34,059 bases of DNA from an uncultured Candidatus Saccharibacteria bacterium. GTDB taxonomy: Bacteria; Patescibacteriota; Minisyncoccia; Phycocordibacterales; EsbW-18. Location of the stretch: positions 14,610-48,668 of the forward strand of contig CAZVYH010000005.1 in the NCBI GenBank assembly GCA_964631485.1, written 5' to 3'. This document shows, in pieces, positions 25,129-32,058 of this stretch; position 1 is the first letter of the stretch; the number at the start of each line of letters is the position of its first letter. The notes beneath the pieces are model-generated. The model did not search any database. It was not told the origin of the DNA and saw nothing but the letters and a program-made list of their open reading frames with translations. The translations under genes and the position numbers were made by a program.

Positions 25129-25569
25129 ATGAAAATCGCACTTGGAGCAGATCATGCGGGGTTTAAACTCAAAGAATACGTGAGAGATTTTCTTGTCGAA
25201 CAAGATCACGAAGTGATGGACAAGGGTGCGTTTTCTTTCGATGAACACGATGACTACCCCGATTTCGTGTTCCCTGTAGCGCGTGCGGTTGCAAACGGCG
25301 AGGCGGAGCGGGGGATTGTATTTGGAAAGTCAGGTCAAGGAGAGGCGATGTGCGCCAACCGTGTCAAAGGAGTTCGAGCGGCAACTGCATGTGGTACGCA
25401 GGAAGAGATAGTGCAGCTATCGCGCGAGCATAACGATGCGAACATCCTTTCTCTCGGCGCTGCGTTTATAGATCAGGAAGGAGCAAAACATATCATAGAG
25501 ATGTGGCTTCAGACGCCGTTCACCGAGGAGGAGCGCCACATCAGACGTATAAAAAAATTAGACGCATGA
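25129..25569 (+). CDS. rpiB: Ribose-5-phosphate isomerase B
   Basis: MKIALGADHAGFKLKE...GIVFGKSGQGEAMCANRVKGVRAA matches the RpiB/LacAB family. Confidence 0.9.
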   Translation: MKIALGADHAGFKLKEYVRDFLVEQDHEVMDKGAFSFDEHDDYPDFVFPVARAVANGEAERGIVFGKSGQGEAMCANRVKGVRAATACGTQEEIVQLSREHNDANILSLGAAFIDQEGAKHIIEMWLQTPFTEEERHIRRIKKLDA

Positions 25570-26234
25570 TAGACGTTGTTCCGGTATTACTGCCGCAAAA
25601 TTATGCCGACATTCTCGGTAAGGTGTCCCGTGTGAAGGGTCTTGTGTCGCGTGTGCAAATAGATATTGCCGACGGAACATACGCGCCGTCAAAGACGTGG
25701 CCGTACAACGGAGATGACGGACACTTCAAGGAAATTCTTTCTCAAGATGAAGGGTTGCCGTACTGGGATGAAATGGACTACGAAGTCGATCTTTTAGTAA
25801 GTGAACCGGAGCGTCTCATTGACACGTGGATACGTGTCGGAATTGCGGGCGCTATTGTGTATGTTGAAAGTACCAACAAACTTGATGAGAGTATACAAAA
25901 ACTGAAAGAAGCGGATGTTGAGGTCGGTCTCGGAATTACACCGAGCACACCGAACGAGAAGCTATTCCCGTACATCGAACAAGCGACGTTCATACAGTGT
26001 ATGGGGAGTGACGAGATAGGATTCGCCGGCATGTCGTTGGATGAGCGTGTGTACGACAAGGTGCGTGACATTAGAAAAAAGTATCCGAAAATTCCTATCG
26101 CAATTGATATCGGGGTGAACGAAGAAACCGCGCCGCTTCTTGTGGAGGCGGGAGCGACAAAACTGGTTTCCGGCTCGGCCATTTTCGGCAGTGAAGATAT
26201 TCAAGATACGATTTCGTATCTCCAAACACTATAA
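25566..26234 (+). CDS. Ribulose-phosphate 3-epimerase-like TIM-barrel protein (divergent)
   Basis: It is collinear with Rpe. VQIDIADGTYAP corresponds to VHFDVMDNHYVP, EVDLLVSEP to IDVHLMV, IAIDIGVN to LEVDGGV, and VSGSAIF is conserved. ATGA start/stop coupling to rpiB occurs at 25566-25569. Confidence 0.68.
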   Translation: MIDVVPVLLPQNYADILGKVSRVKGLVSRVQIDIADGTYAPSKTWPYNGDDGHFKEILSQDEGLPYWDEMDYEVDLLVSEPERLIDTWIRVGIAGAIVYVESTNKLDESIQKLKEADVEVGLGITPSTPNEKLFPYIEQATFIQCMGSDEIGFAGMSLDERVYDKVRDIRKKYPKIPIAIDIGVNEETAPLLVEAGATKLVSGSAIFGSEDIQDTISYLQTL

Positions 26235-26267
26235 AAAAGTCACACCTCTTGACTTTTTTGTTTTTTT
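26233..26267 (+). terminator. AU-rich intrinsic terminator candidate
   Basis: aaaaaagtca-cacctct-tgactttttt followed by gttttttt. The stem contains only two G:C pairs. Confidence 0.45.
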
Positions 26268-26380
26268 GCCTATGATAAAAGTAGGTCAGGTGAGGGCGTT
26301 GTGAAAAACGGGCTCTGGCATTTAGTCATCGGGTTGTCTCTAGTCAAGACAACCCACAGCCCACAATTTTTCATACCACC

Positions 26381-26572
26381 ATGCGTATTTTACGATCACT
26401 GGGGTTTGGGGTTTTATTACTCATTCTCTGGATCGCAATGCCGCGGGTGTTCCACGCTCTCGAGGATACGCTGCTGTCGTTGTTGAGCGCTCTTCAAACA
26501 ACGCTCCAACAAGCAGAAATCCTTGTGGCATCACCTGCCACACTGACGGTTCCTTCGGTCCTCTCTCCTTGA
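26381..26572 (+). CDS. Hypothetical 63-aa membrane protein
   Basis: MRILRSLGFGVLLLILWIAMPRVF (TM helix) followed by an amphipathic stretch. It is preceded by a 9-bp hairpin (26331-26355) and followed by a strong terminator. No homology recognised. Confidence 0.35.
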   Translation: MRILRSLGFGVLLLILWIAMPRVFHALEDTLLSLLSALQTTLQQAEILVASPATLTVPSVLSP

Positions 26573-26589
26573 GAGAGCGACCACCCAAG

Positions 26590-26620
26590 AACGCGGCCCT
26601 TCGGGACCGCGTTTTGTCAT
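26590..26620 (+). terminator. Rho-independent terminator
   Basis: aacgcggccc-ttc-gggaccgcgtt (10 bp with one bulge), then ttgtcattt. It ends about 20 nt before the tkt start. Confidence 0.7.
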
Positions 26621-26639
26621 TTCGTAGGATATTTTTTTC

Positions 26640-27533
26640 ATGCACGTGCGTGGTATGATACAGGGAGCAATGACGCACCTTTCTGACGAAAAAATTAAAG
26701 CATTAGAGCTGAAAGCAAATGACATTCGCATGTCGGTCATCGACATGCTTGAGGACGCCGGGTCGGGGCACACCGCCGGACCTCTTGATATGGCGGATAT
26801 TTTCACCGCATTCTATTTTCACATTCTCAACCATGACCCGAAGAACCCGCAATGGGAAGAACGAGACCGTCTTGTTCTCTCAAACGGACACATTGTGCCG
26901 ATTCGCTATGCAACAATGGCGCATGCAGGATATTTCCCGATGAGTGAACTCAAAACCCTGCGAAAATTCGGCACTCGTTTACAAGGACATCCTGAACGCG
27001 AACGGTTGCCGGGACTGGAAACGACATCGGGCCCTCTCGGGTCGGGGCTTTCCCAGTCCGCGGGTATTGCGTACGGCGCGCGTATGGACGGCAAAAAGTG
27101 GCGCACGTATTGTTTGCTCTCCGACGGTGAACTGCAGGCAGGAAACACATGGGAAGGCGCTATGTTTGCGGGAAACAACAAACTTTCAAACCTCACGGCG
27201 GTTATTGACCGCAACAACATTCAAATTAACGGCATGACAGAGAATGTAATGCCGCTGGAGCCACTAGCGGACAAATGGCGTGCGTTTAACTGGCATGTCA
27301 TTGAGGTGGACGGACACAATATGATGGCGTTTGTTGATGCGATTGACGAAGCAAAAGCGATTGTTGAGCGGCCGACGGTGATTATTGCGCACACGATTGC
27401 CGGAAAGGGAATTAAAGAGATTGAATACGACTTTCACTGGCACGGTAAGCCGCCGACAAAGGAAGAAGAGCAGAAGTTTTTGAAAGAACTACGCACCCTT
27501 AAGGGAACTATTGAGGCAAGCCACAATGATTAA
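26640..27533 (+). CDS. Transketolase, N-terminal (TPP-binding) subunit
   Basis: GSGHTAGPLDMADI, LSNGH, LGSGLSQSAGIAYG, LLSDGELQAGNTWEG and VIDRNNIQING. Alternative in-frame starts are at 26655 and 26670. Confidence 0.9.
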   Translation: MHVRGMIQGAMTHLSDEKIKALELKANDIRMSVIDMLEDAGSGHTAGPLDMADIFTAFYFHILNHDPKNPQWEERDRLVLSNGHIVPIRYATMAHAGYFPMSELKTLRKFGTRLQGHPERERLPGLETTSGPLGSGLSQSAGIAYGARMDGKKWRTYCLLSDGELQAGNTWEGAMFAGNNKLSNLTAVIDRNNIQINGMTENVMPLEPLADKWRAFNWHVIEVDGHNMMAFVDAIDEAKAIVERPTVIIAHTIAGKGIKEIEYDFHWHGKPPTKEEEQKFLKELRTLKGTIEASHND

Positions 27534-28515
27534 ACAAGAGCAAAAACTCATAGAGCACATTTTCGACTCGGACATCAAAAAGGTGCCGACGCGAGACGGG
27601 CTTGGACACGGGCTTGTAGAAGCAGGGAAGGCGGACCCACGCGTTGTTGTGTTGTGTGCAGACTTGGCGGAATCAACACGCGTTGAGTGGTTCAAAAAAG
27701 AATTCCCCGAGCGCTACATTGAAATCGGCGTTGCGGAACAAAACCTCGCAACAGTGGCGTCAGGGCTTGCGAGCTACGGAAAAATCCCATTCATTACCTC
27801 GTACGCAACATTTTCGCCCGGTCGAAACAATGAACAAATCCGTACAACTATCGCGCTCAATAATGTTCCGGTAAAAATTGCGGGAAGTCATGCGGGTATT
27901 TCTGTGGGCCCGGACGGCGCGACGCACCAGGCGCTTGAGGATATCGGTCTCATGCGTATGTTGCCGCACATGACGGTTATTGTGCCGGCGGACAGTGAGG
28001 AAGCACGGAAGGCAACTGTGGCTGCCGCGCAAACAAACACGCCTGTATACCTTCGTTTCGGACGCGCAGGAAGCCCTCAGTTCACAACACCGGAAACACC
28101 CTTTGAAATCGGACGAGCGGAAGTGCTGTGGGAGTCGGAGAACCCTCAGGTTGCTCTTATTGTGTGCGGAACACTCGTTCACAACGCGCTTCTTGCTGCA
28201 AAAAAACTGCAAGATGAAGGCGTGGGGAGTATAGTGATAAATAATCACACCGTGAAGCCGATGGACGAGCAAAAAATTATTGATGCAGCCGACAGGTGTC
28301 GTGCGGTTGTGACTATTGAAGAGCACCAGATTGCGGGCGGTATGGGTTCCGCGGTTGCCGAGGTGCTCTCCCAACACAAACCTGTGCCTATAGAGTTTGT
28401 CGGTATGCGTGATCAATTTGGGCAATCAGGTGAACCGGATGAACTCATCAAACACTACAGAATGGATGCGGATTCAATTGTGGAAGCGACAAAAAAGGTA
28501 CTTTCAAGGAAATAA
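27526..28515 (+). CDS. Transketolase, C-terminal (pyrimidine-binding plus C-terminal domain) subunit
   Basis: TRDGLGHGLVEAG, IEIGVAEQNLATVASGLA, SYATFSPGRNNEQIR, HAGISVGPDGATHQALEDI and EEHQIAGGMGSAV. It overlaps the N-terminal subunit gene by 8 nt. Confidence 0.9.
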   Translation: MIKQEQKLIEHIFDSDIKKVPTRDGLGHGLVEAGKADPRVVVLCADLAESTRVEWFKKEFPERYIEIGVAEQNLATVASGLASYGKIPFITSYATFSPGRNNEQIRTTIALNNVPVKIAGSHAGISVGPDGATHQALEDIGLMRMLPHMTVIVPADSEEARKATVAAAQTNTPVYLRFGRAGSPQFTTPETPFEIGRAEVLWESENPQVALIVCGTLVHNALLAAKKLQDEGVGSIVINNHTVKPMDEQKIIDAADRCRAVVTIEEHQIAGGMGSAVAEVLSQHKPVPIEFVGMRDQFGQSGEPDELIKHYRMDADSIVEATKKVLSRK

Positions 28516-28516
28516 T

Positions 28517-28735
28517 ATGGTTACACCGGGAACATATAAACATGCAAAAACAGGGAATCTGTATTGTGTGATTGGTATTGCAAAACACTCAGAAACACTT
28601 GAAGATCTTGTTGTGTATGAAGCACAGTACGACAATCCAAAATCAAAACTCTGGGTTCGGCCACTTTCTATGTTTGAGGAAGATGTGGAGATCGAAGGAC
28701 AGAAACGAAAAAGATTTGAAAGAGTAGAAGAATAA
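28517..28735 (+). CDS. DUF1653-family small protein
   Basis: YKHAKTGNLYCVIGIAKHSETLEDLVVYEAQYDNPKSKLWVRPLSMFEE matches the DUF1653 pattern. ATG 28517 lies 1 nt after the tkt stop. Confidence 0.75.
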   Translation: MVTPGTYKHAKTGNLYCVIGIAKHSETLEDLVVYEAQYDNPKSKLWVRPLSMFEEDVEIEGQKRKRFERVEE

Positions 28736-28744
28736 AAAGAAAAG

Positions 28745-28778
28745 ACCCGCCGACGGCTCTGGTGCCGCGGCGGGTTTA
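28745..28778. terminator. Shared hairpin between convergent DUF1653 and the SLT-domain gene
   Basis: acccgccg (28745-28752) / cggcgggt (28768-28775) with an inner cggc/gccg extension. There is an A-tract upstream and ttt downstream. It overlaps the minus-strand stop codon at 28776-28778. Confidence 0.6.
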
Positions 28779-29969
28779 CTTCAAGGGCTCATCGAGCCCG
28801 AATGCTTTCACAAGATATCCGCGTGTTTCCGAAAGGAGGCGTGCGGACCAGTTTTTCTGCGAGCGGACGGCCGTAGAAACTCGTCCGGGGCCCGTGTTGT
28901 ACGCGGCGCGAAGGAGGAGTTTCATCTCCGGACGAGCAGCAAACTCCTCGGGTGTCTCTCCTTGGTGTCGTAGACGTTGCGAGATGATGGAGAGGTGGTA
29001 ATCGAGAACGAGCATCGCCGTGGCGATTTGGACCGAGTGCGGATGAGGTTTTTCAAAGCACCCCAAAGGAATCCGTGCGGTGGGATACTTGTTCCGCATA
29101 TCCTGACACGTGCTCGGCATCACCTGCATCATTCCTTGAGCTCCCGCCGGACTTGCCGTAAACGCAAATGCGGTTTCGGGATTTCCAGCAATGACCGCAA
29201 ACGGGCGGTCGATGGGACTTATAGGGAAGTCTCCGTTGCGATACGCCGTAACTTCGTGATCGTCGGCGTGTTCGATGGAGACAATTGTCTCAAGCAAGCG
29301 CGGGAAGAATGTCGTAATGACTTCTTCTACGCTCATGCCTGGAACAGCGCGTGAGGGAACACTTGTAAGGCGCTGTGCCGCGGCTTCATGGTCAGACCGG
29401 AAATGTTCGCGGCCGACGTCCGGAAGCGAGGGGAAGGAGGCAATCAAGTCTCCCGACCCGGGCGTGTAGACGATTGACTGCCCGGTCGAGCGCTCCTTCC
29501 AGTGCAGAGCGGCGACAACCCATCCTTCAGGTGCGAGAACCTGGAGAGATGAGTTCCACCAATTCCAAACCGCACCGTACGCACGCTCTTCGATGAACAC
29601 GATGAATCTCGAGTCGTCAGTTGAAAGAAACGTCGGAAGACGGCTCTTTCTGATTGTCCTAGTGACCGACGTCGTGGCGAGTTCACATGTAAACGTGTTC
29701 AGCAGAACCAGCGGAATAGTGCGCCGCACGAAATCTGTTCGTGTCCGAGGTTCTTTGTGCTTCGGGTACACGAGCACTTCCGTGTAGGTCGTGAGATCGG
29801 CGCTGTGTTCTACAGGAACGCGCGCAACGATTGCACGCGCCTCTTCGAAGAGCGTTTTCACCGGACAGGGTTCGCTTCGTGAGAGGGGATGTGACGCAGA
29901 TACGTCTGTGAAAGCAGTTGTGTCAAAGAGCGCTCCGAGAAGGAGCGCGGCGGCGACTTTGTATCGCAT
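28776..29969 (-). CDS. Secreted protein with a C-terminal SLT-type (GH23) lytic transglycosylase domain and an unknown N-terminal domain
   Basis: Signal-like N-terminus MRYKVAAALLLGALFDTTAFTDVSAS. The SLT motif is NPETAFAFTASPAGAQGMMQVMPST (compare ES-F-P-A-S-AGA-GLMQ-MP-T). The gene is G+C-rich and preceded by AAAGGAG-N7-ATG (the AAGGAG complement is at 29977-29982). Confidence 0.75.
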   Translation of the reverse strand: MRYKVAAALLLGALFDTTAFTDVSASHPLSRSEPCPVKTLFEEARAIVARVPVEHSADLTTYTEVLVYPKHKEPRTRTDFVRRTIPLVLLNTFTCELATTSVTRTIRKSRLPTFLSTDDSRFIVFIEERAYGAVWNWWNSSLQVLAPEGWVVAALHWKERSTGQSIVYTPGSGDLIASFPSLPDVGREHFRSDHEAAAQRLTSVPSRAVPGMSVEEVITTFFPRLLETIVSIEHADDHEVTAYRNGDFPISPIDRPFAVIAGNPETAFAFTASPAGAQGMMQVMPSTCQDMRNKYPTARIPLGCFEKPHPHSVQIATAMLVLDYHLSIISQRLRHQGETPEEFAARPEMKLLLRAAYNTGPGRVSTAVRSQKNWSARLLSETRGYLVKAFGLDEPLK

Positions 29970-30070
29970 GGCGCGGCTCCTTTCTGCGGAAATCTGCTCT
30001 TATAGTAGCAACGCTTACCCACATTCTCTAATGTATGTGAACTGGAGAACGGAAGCGTGGGAAAGCAAGT

Positions 30071-31078
30071 CTATAATTTTTCAACTTTGTATTCCGCGGG
30101 TGCTTCGGCAAGATGTTTTTCGAGCTGTTCTTTTGAGAGGAGGCCCTTCTGTGCGCCGATGTATTGTACGACTGACATTGAGTTCACGGGTCCCCATAAA
30201 AGGGCTTCAGACAAAGGTTTTTCCAGTGCCATGGCGGCGACAACGGTTGAGGCAAAAGCATCTCCCGCACCCGTACGGTCTACCGGAGGTTTGGGATCGG
30301 GATACATGGTTACCGAGAATGTGTCGCCGCTGTGCGAGTCGTATGCGTATGCGCCGCTTGGTCCGTCGGTAATAACAACCACTTTTGGTCCGAGTTGTGC
30401 GACATCCTGCAGAAGTTTCTTAACGTCGCTCATATCTTCTGTCTCAAGAATTCTTCCCGCCTCTTCGCGGTTGCAGAAGAAAATGTGCGTGTGCGCGTAC
30501 AAATCAGATAATTCTTTTGCACCGAGTTTAATCTGAAATGTTCCCGGCTGGAATGCGAGTTTGATTGTCGGGTGTGCTTCAAGATACCGGGCAATTTCAT
30601 GATGGTATTCCAGAGAGTGTTCTGCGAGTGAGGAAAGATAGAGCCACTTCGGTTCTCCGATATCAGGAAGTGTGTACGGGTACGGTTGGTGTTTGATTAA
30701 AATAGTTCGCTCTGGCCCGTACTGCAATACATAGTGGTGGTTACTGAGCATGTCTTCATGAATTCGTATGAAGGATGTGGATACATTGTGTCCGGTGAGC
30801 GTTTCAAGAATTTTTGTTCCAAGATCATCATCGCCGACATCGCTGACAAACGCCGTTGAAAGACCGAGTCGGGTTGCGGCAACTGCGGCGTTTGCGGCGT
30901 TGCCTACCGCGTGTATGACGGTGAGGTTTTTGTATGACACTTTGTCGCCGAACCGAAAACAAATTTCCTGATACCCCTTGTCTTCCGGGTCGCGCTTCGT
31001 GTCGATGCGCACATCTTCCAATTCAATAAATTCATCAGTCACTGTGTCGCCAATGGCGATAAGGTCGTATGTATTCAT
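30071..31078 (-). CDS. PfkB-family carbohydrate kinase (ribokinase/phosphofructokinase-B superfamily)
   Basis: GNAANAAVAATRLG (PfkB signature 1 region) and PVDRTGAGDAFASTVVAAM (signature 2, DTxGAGD). Confidence 0.85.
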   Translation of the reverse strand: MNTYDLIAIGDTVTDEFIELEDVRIDTKRDPEDKGYQEICFRFGDKVSYKNLTVIHAVGNAANAAVAATRLGLSTAFVSDVGDDDLGTKILETLTGHNVSTSFIRIHEDMLSNHHYVLQYGPERTILIKHQPYPYTLPDIGEPKWLYLSSLAEHSLEYHHEIARYLEAHPTIKLAFQPGTFQIKLGAKELSDLYAHTHIFFCNREEAGRILETEDMSDVKKLLQDVAQLGPKVVVITDGPSGAYAYDSHSGDTFSVTMYPDPKPPVDRTGAGDAFASTVVAAMALEKPLSEALLWGPVNSMSVVQYIGAQKGLLSKEQLEKHLAEAPAEYKVEKL

Positions 31079-31085
31079 GAGGAAT

Positions 31086-31094
31086 ATGATAGCA
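31086..31094 (-). promoter_or_regulatory. Extended -10 box TGcTATCAT (minus strand), 7 nt upstream of the pfkB-family ATG
   Basis: The plus strand reads atgatagca at 31086-31094. The spacer is 31079-31085 and the start codon is at 31076-31078. No SD. Confidence 0.4.
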
Positions 31095-31136
31095 CACAGA
31101 GGTAGTGGAGAAGTGGGGTTTTGGAACGTCGGCCTG

Positions 31137-31145
31137 TGGTACTAT
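31137..31145 (+). promoter_or_regulatory. Extended -10 box TGgTACTAT, 6 nt upstream of the fba ATG
   Basis: TGGTACTAT at 31137-31145, spacer tacggt, then ATG 31152. No SD. Confidence 0.4.
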
Positions 31146-31151
31146 TACGGT

Positions 31152-32018
31152 ATGAAATCTTTACGTGAAGCGCTCAATGAAGCGCAAAAAGGGAAGTATG
31201 CTCTCGGTCATTTTAACGTCGCAAATATTGAGATGGTAAAGGCTGTTGTTGGCGCCGCGAAAGCAACAGGGCTGCCGGTGATTATCGGTGTTTCGGAAGG
31301 AGAGCGCGACGTGTTTGGTGTCCGGGAAATTGTTTCCCTGGTGAAAACAATCCGCGAAGATTCGGGGGTGTCTGTCTATCTGAATGCCGATCACACATAC
31401 AGTGTTGAGCGAGTAAAAGAAGCGATTGATGCCGGTTTTGATTCGGTTATTTTTGACGGAGCCCAACTTTCATTCGAGGAAAATGTCTCGAAAACAAAGG
31501 AGTGTGTTGAATATGCACGCACAACAGGGAAAGATGTCCTTATAGAAGGGGAGCTAGGATTTATCGGGGTTGGCTCGGAACTTCTGGACGTGCTTCCGGA
31601 AGGCGCGGCGGTAACTGACGATATGATGACGACGGCGGATGACGCGAAGAGGTTTGTAGATTCGACGGGTGTTGATTTGCTCGCGCCTGCGGTGGGTACG
31701 ATTCATGGAACACTCAAGAGCGGTATGGACCCGCGGCTCAACCCCGGACGTGTGAAAGAAATTGCAGACAATGTCGGTGTTCCGCTCGTACTCCACGGCG
31801 GCTCGGGTACGTCGGATGAGGATTACCTTGCGGTTGTCACAAACGGTATTGCACAGGTGCATGTATCAACGGAACTTCGCGTCGCATACCGAAAAGCATT
31901 GCAGCTTTCCCTCCAGGAAAGTCCCGAAGAACTTGCTCCGTATAAATACGCCAAACCTGCGGTTTCGGCCGTTCAGGATGTTGTTGAACGACGATTAAAA
32001 CTCTTTGCGGGTCGATAA
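31152..32018 (+). CDS. fba: Class II fructose-bisphosphate aldolase
   Basis: ALGHFNVANIEM, YLNADHT, GELGFIG, VGTIHG and LVLHGGSGTSDE are class II FBA/tagatose-bisphosphate aldolase motifs. The ORF-track start 30978 lies antisense to the pfkB-family gene. Confidence 0.9.
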   Translation: MKSLREALNEAQKGKYALGHFNVANIEMVKAVVGAAKATGLPVIIGVSEGERDVFGVREIVSLVKTIREDSGVSVYLNADHTYSVERVKEAIDAGFDSVIFDGAQLSFEENVSKTKECVEYARTTGKDVLIEGELGFIGVGSELLDVLPEGAAVTDDMMTTADDAKRFVDSTGVDLLAPAVGTIHGTLKSGMDPRLNPGRVKEIADNVGVPLVLHGGSGTSDEDYLAVVTNGIAQVHVSTELRVAYRKALQLSLQESPEELAPYKYAKPAVSAVQDVVERRLKLFAGR

Positions 32019-32058
32019 TCTTGCAATTTGGGCGTCCGTATGCGATTATTGTTGACCT

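Noticed and set aside
26284-26322. aggtcaggtgagggcg... resembling the SRP RNA helix-8 string AGGUCAGGUCCGGAAGGAAGCAGC
   Set aside because: Only the first 8-9 nt match. The GGAA tetraloop and the conserved AGCA/GGA symmetric-loop residues are absent, and no closing helix could be drawn.
27760-28425. 221-aa minus-strand ORF antisense to the transketolase C-terminal subunit
   Set aside because: It is a shadow ORF within a confidently identified tkt gene. The sequence is Arg/Cys/His-rich nonsense with no start-site signals.
23180-30070. Target-site duplications or terminal inverted repeats flanking the two GC-rich genes (mobile-element hallmarks)
   Set aside because: I compared the flanks by eye and found no direct repeats longer than about 6 nt and no matching terminal repeats between the two loci. 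They are therefore reported as compositional islands, not as mobile elements.
29791-30536. Plus-strand ORFs of 193 aa and 159 aa spanning the SLT/PfkB junction
   Set aside because: They are antisense to two genes with clear family motifs and cross an intergenic region. The translations are Arg/Ser/Cys-rich with no domains.
3440-31151. N-terminal extensions in the ORF track (starts at 2166, 2827, 3440, 5322, 10971, 14831, 16246, 18792, 19499, 23620, 23678, 25503, 27511, 28397, 30978)
   Set aside because: Each extension overlaps the upstream gene, a promoter or terminator, or uses TTG/GTG. An in-frame ATG placed right after the upstream stop or a -10 box gives a protein whose N-terminus matches the family (for example MSRIAINGFGRIGR for GAPDH).
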